A stretch of 64,000 nt of DNA from Flavobacteriales bacterium (GCA_044371755.1 JBILSZ010000002.1:14383-78382), one strand, 5' to 3'; counted from the first letter of the stretch, positions 11,554 to 20,790 are shown. Made by a program: numbers and translations. The notes: generated from the sequence alone by a model not told the origin.

Positions 11554-12647
11554 AAATTCCATTCGTCGATCTTAGAGCTCAATATCTTCAACTTCAAAAC
11601 GAAATTGATTCGGCTATAAAATCAGTAATCGATCAAACAGCTTTCATATCCGGTGCATACGCCACAAAATTTGAAACCAGTTTTTCAAATTATATTCAAT
11701 TAAAAAATGTTATCGCCTGCGCAAATGGCACTGATTCCTTAGAAATCCTTTTCAAAACAATGGGAATTGGGCTTGGAGACGAAGTAATAGTACCTGCCAT
11801 TTCTTGGATAAGCACTTCAGAAGCGGTTTCAGCGGTCGGAGCAAAACCTGTATTCGTAGATGTAGATCAAAACAATCTTATTAATATTGATTTGATCGAA
11901 AACACGATCACAGAAAAAACGAAAGCCATTATTCCAGTTCATTTATACGGCAATCCAGTAGATATGAAAAAAATAATGGATGTCGCCAATCGATACAACT
12001 TAAAAGTACTTGAAGACTGCGCACAATCACATGGTGCTACGTCGCATGGAAAACTAGCCGGCACTTTTGGCAATTGTGCTAGCTTTAGTTTTTATCCAGG
12101 AAAAAATTTAGGCGCATATGGTGACGCGGGAGCGATGGCCACCAACGATGACCATATTGCAACAATTGCTCGTGCTATTGCCAATCATGGACAGCAAGGA
12201 AAACACAACCACATAATGGAAGGCCGCAATTCAAGAATGGATGGAATTCAAGCAGCAATTCTTGACGTAAAGTTGCCACACCTTGAAGATTGGACAAATA
12301 AGCGTATTCAAAACGCCGCCTTGTATGATAAATTTTTAAGCGATAACATCACAAAACCCAAGGTCAACGAAAACGGCAAACATGTATACCATTTGTATGT
12401 GATTCGCCATTCGCGTCGAGATGCGCTCGCCCAATACCTTAAGGAACACGGTATCGAAACAGCGGTTCACTACCCCATTCCATTACCATTGATGCCTTGT
12501 TACACTCTTCAGCCCAAAGAAGCAGAAAAGAATTACCCAGTAGCAACAAAAGCGGCAAACGAAATCTTGTCACTACCAATGTATGCCGAGCTCACAGAGC
12601 AACAGATTAAATATGTTTCAGAGAAGATAAATGAATTCGAAATCTAA
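11550..12647 (+). CDS. DegT/DnrJ/EryC1/StrS-family PLP-dependent sugar aminotransferase (GnnB/WbpE-like)
   Basis: 365 aa starting MKIPFVDLRAQY, with CANGTDSLE, a SFSFYPGKNLGAYGDAGA (Lys-PLP) motif and a C-terminal ILSLPMY. It overlaps the upstream gene by 4 nt. Confidence 0.9.
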   Translation: MKIPFVDLRAQYLQLQNEIDSAIKSVIDQTAFISGAYATKFETSFSNYIQLKNVIACANGTDSLEILFKTMGIGLGDEVIVPAISWISTSEAVSAVGAKPVFVDVDQNNLINIDLIENTITEKTKAIIPVHLYGNPVDMKKIMDVANRYNLKVLEDCAQSHGATSHGKLAGTFGNCASFSFYPGKNLGAYGDAGAMATNDDHIATIARAIANHGQQGKHNHIMEGRNSRMDGIQAAILDVKLPHLEDWTNKRIQNAALYDKFLSDNITKPKVNENGKHVYHLYVIRHSRRDALAQYLKEHGIETAVHYPIPLPLMPCYTLQPKEAEKNYPVATKAANEILSLPMYAELTEQQIKYVSEKINEFEI

Positions 12648-13893
12648 TCATATCATTCTGATTAATTTCGACTTCCCTCCCAACTATGGAATTGGTGGAA
12701 GAAGGTGGGGTAAGTTTGCTAAAGAACTTGCGACACTTAAAATTCATGTTCATGTAATCAAGGCTGAAAAAAAGGACAATCGAAATTCTCATTGGACAAA
12801 AGACGTCGATAGTGAGTTCATTCATGTCTACGAACTTAAAAGAAAAGCAGAACTCGACCGTTGGCGCGTCGGAATTGGAATATTAGACAAGATCACATAC
12901 AAGATTGCTCTTGCTTTTAATAAATGGCTTGACAAAGGAACACCTTTCGATCTTGCAATAGGTTGTCAGTCTCAAATAAATCAATATCTAGATAAAATTA
13001 CTTCTCAATTTCCTATTGAGTGGATTATAGCCACTGGAGCCCCGTTCAACCTAACATATTTTGCTGCCGAATACGTAAAGCACTCACAGAAATTGAAACT
13101 CTGGGTAGATCTTCGCGATCCCTGGCTCGACGCACAGAATTATGGAATGCTAGGCCTGAGCGAAAAAAGAAAAAAAGCAGAAGAGGCCAAAGCGCTTTCT
13201 GTGATTACAAACTCATCTGTTGTTTCCTGTCCTACAATAGATGCCCTTCAGATTTTCAAAACAATAACTAGCCAAAACATAGATCACAAACTATTTGAAC
13301 TTAGACATTTCTACGACCCAAGTGACTATGTTAAAACTTCATTAGAAAGACCAAAAAATAAAATCAAAATAGTCTATGGTGGCGACATTTATATTGACTC
13401 CGAAAAACACATTCATAAATTAGTATCCGATTTAAAAAGCCTTCAGCAGACTCATCCACTCGTCTATCAAATGTTGGATTTCAGATTCTTTTCTGATACG
13501 ATTTTCAAAGTAAAAAATCTATTTGAAAACTTAGAAGTGATTCGTCTAGAAAAGTCAATCGGAAATAGAATTTTCGAAGAAATAAGCTCATGCGACTGGT
13601 GCATGATACTTCTATCCGATTTCAATAAAAACTTTTTTACGACCAAGTATTTCGAATACCAACCCTATAACAAACCCTATTTATACCTCGGGCCCAATGG
13701 GATGGTATTCAATGAGATATCTAAAGAAGGCATTGGTATGGATTGGAGTCAATTCTACAAAAACCTAACAACAAATGACCCGCTTGAACTTAAAAGTTTT
13801 GTTCCTAAACAAGCATCTCGAAAAGGGTCAATTCAAGAAAGAACAAAAGATCTACTTGAAAGAATGGGGTATGCCAGCAATTCTAATCTATAA
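12631..13893 (+). CDS. putative GT-B-fold glycosyltransferase-like protein
   Basis: 420 aa. The N-terminus (IILINFDFPPNYGIGGRRWGKFAKELA ... DLRDPW) resembles GT4-type N-terminal domains. It overlaps the aminotransferase gene by 17 nt. The family assignment is tentative. Confidence 0.4.
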   Translation: MNSKSNHIILINFDFPPNYGIGGRRWGKFAKELATLKIHVHVIKAEKKDNRNSHWTKDVDSEFIHVYELKRKAELDRWRVGIGILDKITYKIALAFNKWLDKGTPFDLAIGCQSQINQYLDKITSQFPIEWIIATGAPFNLTYFAAEYVKHSQKLKLWVDLRDPWLDAQNYGMLGLSEKRKKAEEAKALSVITNSSVVSCPTIDALQIFKTITSQNIDHKLFELRHFYDPSDYVKTSLERPKNKIKIVYGGDIYIDSEKHIHKLVSDLKSLQQTHPLVYQMLDFRFFSDTIFKVKNLFENLEVIRLEKSIGNRIFEEISSCDWCMILLSDFNKNFFTTKYFEYQPYNKPYLYLGPNGMVFNEISKEGIGMDWSQFYKNLTTNDPLELKSFVPKQASRKGSIQERTKDLLERMGYASNSNL

Positions 13894-13894
13894 C

Positions 13895-16800
13895 TTACCT
13901 AATCACTGTTACGTGTCCCTGAACCTCTTGATATCCTGATAGATTTCCATCCAATTCTAGATATCGCACCGTGATGAGATAACTATAAATATCTGATTCG
14001 ACATAAGTATCTCCGTCACGCCATTGACCTAACCAAGGTGTTTCAATGTCCTTTGAAGCGTAGATCAAAGCTCCCCAGCGATTATAAACTTTCAAGTCAA
14101 ATTCCACAATACTCTCTCCTTCGATAAACCAAAAATCATTGACCCCGTCATTATTTGGCGTGAATGCATTTGGAATATAGATTACTCCAGGACAAAATTC
14201 AATCACCTCAATGGTATGTTCGCCAACACAGCCAAAAGCACTTGTCAACGTAAGATCATAACCTCCCGGCGCATCAACTACAATAGTACTTTCTGTGCTA
14301 CCATTAAACCATTCGATTGCATTTTCCGTCTCGCGGATATCTAATGTCAATTCTAGATCAGGATAACCAAAACAAGTGGTTGTATCAAAATAAATAGGTT
14401 GAGGAATCGGGTGAAAAAAAACATTAATGGTATCACGACTTGGACAATATGTATCTTCTGCAATAATCCAATAATCTCCGGTCGTAGTGACTTCTATCTC
14501 TGCCTCATCACTTCCATTACTCCACTCTACTCCGTTACCTATACTTGGCACTGAAAGCTCAGCTATCTCACCATCGCACAACTCTATATCAGGCCCCAAA
14601 CTTACTGGTGTCGAGAAAAACTGTCTTACTTCTACCTCGTCTGAGGAAACACAACCTTCTGGACTTTCCACACTAACACTAATGAGGCCCGGTTCATCCA
14701 CTTCTACAACTGAAGTAGTCTCGCCGTTACTCCATAAGAACGAGTATGAATCTGGCCAGCCACTTTCCAATATTACAAAACCATCATCACAAAAATGTGC
14801 GCTGTCTATCAAATCCGTGATTTCAATTTTTCGTACCACCTCGATGGTGTCCCTTGCCATGCAGCCCTGTTGATCGGTGACTACCGCAATCAAGTCAAAA
14901 GTATCTGTGGCGGTGATAGTAGTCTGTGGACTTGAAGCGTTGGCCACACTTGAGGCCGGCAACCAAGAATAAATGAAACTACCTTGAACAGATGGCTGCA
15001 CACTCACAGGTATACCCGGCAGCACACATTCAAAAACAGAGTCAGGTAATATTTCTACGGTAAATGTATTACCCACTTCAACCTCTACAGAGTCTGAAAC
15101 AGTACAATTTCCATTAGTGAGTGTAGCCGACAATACGTAAGTCGAGGTAGTCCAAATCTGTGTCGAATTGTTCAATTGGTTGCCACTCGCTAGTGGAGTT
15201 GGAGAAGTCCATTGGTAAGTGAAATTGCTAGGGCTATCTATTGTACCTATCAATTGTATTTCTTCTCCTGGACACGCCTCACCAGGCAATGCAATCAGAT
15301 CAACATCTAATAAGCCTAAAATCTCGATTTCAACTTGTCCTATTTCCTCGCAGCCCTCTTCTGAGGTCACGGTAACACTATAAGTTGTTGTAGTGGTTGG
15401 AGAAGCTGAGGGTGTTGCACTAAATGGAATACTCAAAGATGCAGCTGGAGTCCAAGAGTAAGTGTAGTCGCCATCTATACTCGGTATCGCATAAAGCTCG
15501 ATACCATCGGCGTCACATGTGCTTGTATCAGGAAGCATATCCAATTCAAATGGCTCACCTACATTGATGAAGATAGAGTCTACGTAGTTACAATTTTGAA
15601 AAGTATAGGAAGCAAAAACAGTCATGTCTTGCTCAAGGGCAATAGTTGCACCCAAGCCTGCGGCAGAAATCACTGTATTCTGCGGCTCCCATGCCACAGT
15701 AATCGCATTTGTTGGTAAAGGTGTTGCAATAAAAATATTATCCAATACCCATATATCTTCATTAAGATTTGATGTACCTACTTGCGCCCAGCGGAATCTT
15801 GTATTGGCAGTTTGAGCTGCGATAGGTATATCCAATTCGACCGATGTAAATACGGGATAGCCTGCTTCGAACAAGGTTGATAAAATCACCCAGGGGCCGT
15901 TGTTTACAGAATAACTTACCACAACATTATCCCCAAATTCAGCGTCGTCGCAGCCGTCCGAACCGTTTGAAATTTTTATATCAAAATTAAGCGTGCCTCC
16001 ATCTGATAAATCCAATGGATTAGTGATTACAGAACGAGCACCGGCCTGATTAAAATAATATCCATTGCCAGAAGAACTGCCGCAAGCAGCGGATGCAGAA
16101 CCACCTGAGACATTTTGCCACAATACTTGATCAATGTTAGGATCAAAATCTTCTTGCCATATTACCTCTAGAGCCGATACATCCAAATCAACTTCGTTTG
16201 CGCACAAACTAATTTCGTCCTCCTCGAAACCAAAGCCACTTAGATCTCCACCATTAACAGTAACAGTAACACTTCCCTCAGCAGTAGAACAGCCAGAAAA
16301 TGTGCTAATAGTACATACATAAGTGGTAGTCTGAGATGGCGAAGCAACAGGATTTGAAATATTGGGATTACTCAACCCAGCAGCTGGAGACCAACTATAA
16401 GTGTATGCTTCTGGGTTAGGCAAACCTTCGGCCAACAGCTGTGTATCTTGGTAGCGACATATTGTGACATCTTCACTAATAGTGTAAAAAATTTCTTCTG
16501 TAGACTCAACACTATAAAAGAAAGATTCAGTGCAGCCAGAGGCTGGAAGCACTCCGATCCCTTCGTAAATACCATTTTGAATAGGAGGCGTGAGAATGAA
16601 CTCATACCCCGTTCCAACTGGATTTTCATTATCAGGATATAAATACCATGTAGGATTACTAAACGTCTGACTCATTGTAAGAATGACCTGATTATTCGAA
16701 CATATAGCGTCGTCAATAACAATGGGCGGTACAGGACTGAATGATCCAACGCTATAAGCATAGCTTTCAGCTGAACCAAAGCCATACACATATCCAGTAA

Positions 16801-18064
16801 CACCTCCTGGCGCAGAAAGCACGTGACTACCTTCGGAGATGCTCACACTGGTCCACATTTGAGAATTACAGTTTTCAAAGGGTAAGAAAATCGTTTCACT
16901 TAATAACACACCATCCAGTGACACTGTGCCCAAATCTTCAGTATCAATGATAATATTCAGTTTATGATCATTGATCACATCTGATTCAACTGTACTGAAG
17001 GTAATGTTGTCAATTTTCTTGGACACGTCGTCCAAGATGAGAAGACTGGGATCTCCATCCGCAGTGCAAGTACCACCTTGCATAATCTGTGTAACGGTGA
17101 TCGGATTGTTGGCGTTGATACACTTTGGACCATTTACAAAATACTCAGTGAAATATTCGCCTGCATCCAAATTGATGATTGTACCGTCGAAATCAACGAC
17201 GGTATTATCGACGGATGCCAAGAACCGAAGACCATAAGTCTCATTCGTGCCTTGATTGCCTGGATTATTAAAAAACACCCATGGTGTTGCATAATATTCG
17301 CTTCCCCAGAGAGGAGTAGGGAAATTTTGTTCATATGTATGGTCGCAAGCACCGCAAGTGCTAGGAGAATTGCTACAACCAGAACCAGCAAAAACAGCGA
17401 ATGGGCGACATGTGCCGCTGGACTCTGTGCCTCGAACAGTAGTTCCTGTTAAGTCTTGAACGCCCACAGCTCGAAGCATATAGGTCTGACCCTCATCTAA
17501 TGAGATTGTAAAAGCCACACCAGCGTTTGCGCCGGATTCCACATTGCAGGAAGGAATAATTTCTATTTCTGTTTCGTCTTCGGTGGCCACGATTAGCATT
17601 TCTGATCCATAGCCATCGAGTCCTTCGTATGCGCTCACAATGTACTCGATACCCAAGGTAGGCGTGGGCAATACCTTTGTGGCATCCGCCGTGAAGCCTA
17701 CGAAACTGATTGCATATACAGCGACAGTATCTTGTGTGACCACATTGATTCCTCTGTCTTCAATTACTTGGCTGTTTAGAACCTCTGCAAGATTCGCTGG
17801 AATATCGACACTGGTAGTATTATTTGCAGTCACCACAAAAGGCTCTGACCAACCCAGCCCTGGAATTTGAACCACACCAGAAGTGTTTTGATCGGATACT
17901 ACAAATACCCGAAGATAGGAGCCAAAATCTTCATCAACCCCTTCAAAATTTTTGAAGAACCCCAACCAAAAATCTGTACCTTTTGTAGGTATTACTGTTT
18001 GGGCGGTGCTATGAACGTGAAAAACGAAAAGTGCAAAAAGAAATAGAGTAAATTTAGTTTTCAA
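13895..18064 (-). CDS. giant secreted adhesin-like protein with a T9SS type B (gliding-motility-associated) C-terminal sorting domain
   Basis: 1389 aa with a TTG start and signal peptide (KTKFTLFLFALFVFHVHSTAQ). The N-terminal region looks IgGFc-binding-like (GTDFWLGFFKN). There are repeated Ig/PKD-like modules (Y.WSP...L......P...TTY) and a central MAM/jelly-roll-like segment. The C-terminus carries YIPNAFTPNNDGVNDFWFIEG, typical of the type B CTD. Confidence 0.85.
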   Translation of the reverse strand: MKTKFTLFLFALFVFHVHSTAQTVIPTKGTDFWLGFFKNFEGVDEDFGSYLRVFVVSDQNTSGVVQIPGLGWSEPFVVTANNTTSVDIPANLAEVLNSQVIEDRGINVVTQDTVAVYAISFVGFTADATKVLPTPTLGIEYIVSAYEGLDGYGSEMLIVATEDETEIEIIPSCNVESGANAGVAFTISLDEGQTYMLRAVGVQDLTGTTVRGTESSGTCRPFAVFAGSGCSNSPSTCGACDHTYEQNFPTPLWGSEYYATPWVFFNNPGNQGTNETYGLRFLASVDNTVVDFDGTIINLDAGEYFTEYFVNGPKCINANNPITVTQIMQGGTCTADGDPSLLILDDVSKKIDNITFSTVESDVINDHKLNIIIDTEDLGTVSLDGVLLSETIFLPFENCNSQMWTSVSISEGSHVLSAPGGVTGYVYGFGSAESYAYSVGSFSPVPPIVIDDAICSNNQVILTMSQTFSNPTWYLYPDNENPVGTGYEFILTPPIQNGIYEGIGVLPASGCTESFFYSVESTEEIFYTISEDVTICRYQDTQLLAEGLPNPEAYTYSWSPAAGLSNPNISNPVASPSQTTTYVCTISTFSGCSTAEGSVTVTVNGGDLSGFGFEEDEISLCANEVDLDVSALEVIWQEDFDPNIDQVLWQNVSGGSASAACGSSSGNGYYFNQAGARSVITNPLDLSDGGTLNFDIKISNGSDGCDDAEFGDNVVVSYSVNNGPWVILSTLFEAGYPVFTSVELDIPIAAQTANTRFRWAQVGTSNLNEDIWVLDNIFIATPLPTNAITVAWEPQNTVISAAGLGATIALEQDMTVFASYTFQNCNYVDSIFINVGEPFELDMLPDTSTCDADGIELYAIPSIDGDYTYSWTPAASLSIPFSATPSASPTTTTTYSVTVTSEEGCEEIGQVEIEILGLLDVDLIALPGEACPGEEIQLIGTIDSPSNFTYQWTSPTPLASGNQLNNSTQIWTTSTYVLSATLTNGNCTVSDSVEVEVGNTFTVEILPDSVFECVLPGIPVSVQPSVQGSFIYSWLPASSVANASSPQTTITATDTFDLIAVVTDQQGCMARDTIEVVRKIEITDLIDSAHFCDDGFVILESGWPDSYSFLWSNGETTSVVEVDEPGLISVSVESPEGCVSSDEVEVRQFFSTPVSLGPDIELCDGEIAELSVPSIGNGVEWSNGSDEAEIEVTTTGDYWIIAEDTYCPSRDTINVFFHPIPQPIYFDTTTCFGYPDLELTLDIRETENAIEWFNGSTESTIVVDAPGGYDLTLTSAFGCVGEHTIEVIEFCPGVIYIPNAFTPNNDGVNDFWFIEGESIVEFDLKVYNRWGALIYASKDIETPWLGQWRDGDTYVESDIYSYLITVRYLELDGNLSGYQEVQGHVTVIR

Positions 18065-18130
18065 GGAACTTATCTTTTTTGTAAAAATAATTAATATCTA
18101 ATCTTTCCGCACTTTCTCGGGAATTATTTT

Positions 18131-19327
18131 TTGGTAAAACTACGTACAATGCCCTCGTATTTACCACCTAACTTTTTGAATTATAAAGATCTAGATTTGC
18201 TTTACCAAACCAAAAACCCAAATTTAATGCTTTACACCATTGCCGACTTGCGCAAAACGCGTGATAGGTCTGACGGCCATCTTGGCGCGATTTGGAGAAA
18301 GATCAAGCACTGCTTTTTTCTCTTCCTCGTCACTTTTATATCTCATCAAAAAACACTCGCACAAAGCGAGATTTTAATTGGGGACATGAATAACAGCTTG
18401 AATCAATATCGAAAGAATGTTTTGGTAAATAAAAAATTCGGGTACTCTATTTCGGCCTCATTGAGTGTGGAATTTGGAAAAGCCAACAACAGTCAGTATC
18501 GACTTTCTCTTAGCGGAGGACTTATAAAAACACTAAATTATCAGGATAGCTACACAGACATCACTCCTTTTACAAGCGCTATTCAAACAGAATTACTCAT
18601 TTATAAAGGAGGGTTAGGATCTTCACAATCTATCGAAGAAAGATCCAATATCCATGTAGAACTCAGGAATCAGTTTCTTTTATCAGCTGGCTACGCGAAC
18701 TTTGACAATGGAGCGTTTACTCATGTCTCCAACGGAGCCCCGCTTTCAATCTTCTCAGGAAATAGCGCATTACCTCTCATCGACCCCTACGACTTTTCTG
18801 TCACTGTAGGAAGTACCTTCATTAATAGCTTTACAGATGAGTATAAACAACAGGTAGGAGGATTAACCGCTACCTATCGAGGATTCCAAGTCAACTACTG
18901 CAATGAAGGGCCTTTCTTTAGATCTCAAATAATGCCAACTGGCGATGGCTATGATCGCTGGTGGACAGGAGGTGGACATATTGCATATTTCAATTTAGGT
19001 TCAACGGCACTCGTAAGTAAGGTGCAAGTTAGTTACGACAAATTCACGGGATGGCAACCATTCTGCTATGAATTAGCATCGAGACTTGGCATACACAATA
19101 CGCCCTATAAAGATTTAAAAGAATCCCTTCTTAACCAAGGTAGATATATGTTCTCTGCTACGCTGAATGACAATTTTTCTTTTGGTGTGGGAATATATGA
19201 ACCTCGCTATCTTGATGTTCAAAACATCATTCATACTCTGATAAAAACTCCATTCCATCAAACTCAATTAAACAAAAGAGTCAGCGGACTATGGTCCTAC
19301 CGCTTTATTAATCTTGGAACACTATGA
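18131..19327 (+). CDS. hypothetical beta-rich secreted protein (start uncertain)
   Basis: 398-aa ORF. An internal hydrophobic signal-like segment (CFFLFLVTFISHQKTLAQ) lies ~60 aa after the annotated TTG start. Motifs DRWWTGGGHIAYF and QNIIHTLIKTPFH are present. No family recognised. Confidence 0.45.
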   Translation: MVKLRTMPSYLPPNFLNYKDLDLLYQTKNPNLMLYTIADLRKTRDRSDGHLGAIWRKIKHCFFLFLVTFISHQKTLAQSEILIGDMNNSLNQYRKNVLVNKKFGYSISASLSVEFGKANNSQYRLSLSGGLIKTLNYQDSYTDITPFTSAIQTELLIYKGGLGSSQSIEERSNIHVELRNQFLLSAGYANFDNGAFTHVSNGAPLSIFSGNSALPLIDPYDFSVTVGSTFINSFTDEYKQQVGGLTATYRGFQVNYCNEGPFFRSQIMPTGDGYDRWWTGGGHIAYFNLGSTALVSKVQVSYDKFTGWQPFCYELASRLGIHNTPYKDLKESLLNQGRYMFSATLNDNFSFGVGIYEPRYLDVQNIIHTLIKTPFHQTQLNKRVSGLWSYRFINLGTL

Positions 19328-20349
19328 AAAATATTTTTTACATCACTCTCTTTTCAATGTCCCTTTGTGCTTGCGGAGGAAATCTCAATAATGCATTCAA
19401 ATCCAAATCCAGCAAAGACTTTAGTTATGAGCCATTGGTACATGAGGGAAATCCTCAGAATCAAGCCTTTATTTTGAGAATTGGCGAGACTTACGTAAGT
19501 CGAGAAATAAATACCAATACAAACACTCAACAAGAAGTTTCCTACCGGATTTATAAGGATGTCTCCAATGATCACTTTCACAATGATTTTTCCCGCAGGA
19601 TGACTTTGAAAAAAGGCGCTCCTGATATGAACTCCATCACCGATTTGATTCTACTATACTTTATCGACTTTAATGGAAATAAAACTTCAGGAAAGATTAT
19701 TTATGCGAATTCCCTAAGAGTATTCGACGCCCCTGTGCATCGAGAAATGCGCAGATATGAAAAGTATCTGAAGGATTCGACCAATGTGCGAAAAAAGAAT
19801 CGATTCGAATCTTCAATTATTGAGCGGTCTCACTATGTCAGACAAATACTAAAAGAAGACAGTATCATTTTTAACTCCTTCGGTCTTATTCGTATTGGAA
19901 CATGGGAAAGATCTGGATCCCGAATCACAATCAAATTACCAGCTGAGTCAGACGAAGCTACTAGTTATTTCAAACTTCTAGGAACGGTCACCGAAGAAGG
20001 AGTTAAACTTGATTACGTCACCAACCCTTCTTCAGACTTACTCTCCAGAAGAATTGACAGAGTGGATGACACTCTCAAAATCACTGATTTCATTAACATT
20101 CAAGGTGCCGATACGAATGGGTTAAATTTTAAAAAAATCAAGAATAATTCACTCTACTATAAAGACCTCCACGCAGGTAAAAAAGAGCCCGGAGTTAGAA
20201 AAAGAGCATCTAAACAACTTTCCGTAGCGCAGCCTATTTCCGATCTTTCATACAGCAGTAAAAAAAGACTTGGACGTAAAAAAAATAGTTTGTGCATTAA
20301 GATCCATGACAAAAAACTTTACTCAAAAAAGCAAAGAATAAATATTTAA
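19324..20349 (+). CDS. hypothetical lipoprotein with a basic C-terminal tail
   Basis: 341 aa with a lipobox (MKNIFYITLFSMSLCACGG) and a 4-nt ATGA overlap with the upstream ORF. The C-terminus is Lys/Arg-rich (SSKKRLGRKKNSLCIKIHDKKLYSKKQRINI). Confidence 0.5.
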   Translation: MKNIFYITLFSMSLCACGGNLNNAFKSKSSKDFSYEPLVHEGNPQNQAFILRIGETYVSREINTNTNTQQEVSYRIYKDVSNDHFHNDFSRRMTLKKGAPDMNSITDLILLYFIDFNGNKTSGKIIYANSLRVFDAPVHREMRRYEKYLKDSTNVRKKNRFESSIIERSHYVRQILKEDSIIFNSFGLIRIGTWERSGSRITIKLPAESDEATSYFKLLGTVTEEGVKLDYVTNPSSDLLSRRIDRVDDTLKITDFINIQGADTNGLNFKKIKNNSLYYKDLHAGKKEPGVRKRASKQLSVAQPISDLSYSSKKRLGRKKNSLCIKIHDKKLYSKKQRINI

Positions 20350-20474
20350 ATTTTATTGTCATTCCACGAGTGATTTCCTGTAAACATTAAAATTAGGTTC
20401 ATCAAATTCACTAATCCCATTAGAATGAACCTCAACACTTAATGATAAAAAGTCTGTCAGCTCACAATCTACCT

Positions 20475-20501
20475 ATAAAAAAAGCCCCTTTCGGGGCTTT
20501 T
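20475..20501 (-). terminator. intrinsic terminator after tRNA-Ala (probably bidirectional; may also end the 19324-20349 transcript)
   Basis: ataaaaaAAAGCCCCtttcGGGGCTTTtac. On the minus strand the hairpin is followed by a T-run, 13 nt beyond the tRNA 3' end. Confidence 0.8.
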
Positions 20502-20513
20502 ACTTTTCTTAGG

Positions 20514-20587
<74 letters not shown>

Positions 20588-20724
20588 ATTTTTAAAAATT
20601 TCGGACGCGAAGATAATGTTAACATATGAAAAAATTGAAAAAAGATGCAACATTCTCCTCCCCCATCTCGTTACAAGCATAAGTTCTCACTTCTCATAGA
20701 GAATTTGGTTTTGGTTAAGGAATG

Positions 20725-20762
20725 GAAATTTGCCCCTCAACGGAGGGGCAATTTCTTTTTTA
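20725..20762 (+). terminator. strong plus-strand intrinsic terminator-like hairpin 29 nt upstream of the protease operon start
   Basis: GAAATTTGCCCCTCaacgGAGGGGCAATTTCttttttt. The stem is 13 bp with one bulged T, and the T-run is on the + strand only. Confidence 0.6.
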
Positions 20763-20790
20763 TACCCCGCCAAAGCCATATCTTCGCCCT

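Noticed and set aside
14487-17870. Several 60-128-aa ORFs antisense or out of frame within the 4.2-kb adhesin gene.
   Set aside because: They are embedded in a continuous 1389-codon frame that has clear domain repeats and a T9SS CTD, and there is no independent support for them.
20394-20431. Inverted repeat AGGTTCAT ... ATGAACCT (22-nt loop) after the gene ending at 20349, as a possible terminator.
   Set aside because: The loop is large, the stem is AT-rich and no T-run follows. The much better hairpin at 20475-20501 is the likely terminator.
20722-20790. N-terminal extensions offered by the ORF track: 20722 for the protease, 21621 for the CBM48 protein, 40353 for the regulator, 41206 and 41901 for the PSCyt1 lipoproteins, 42636 for YceI-2 and 36982 for YceI-1.
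   Set aside because: In each case an internal ATG directly precedes a clean signal peptide, lipobox or receiver-domain N-terminus, and it removes a long overlap with the upstream gene. The extension at 20722 would also run through the terminator hairpin.
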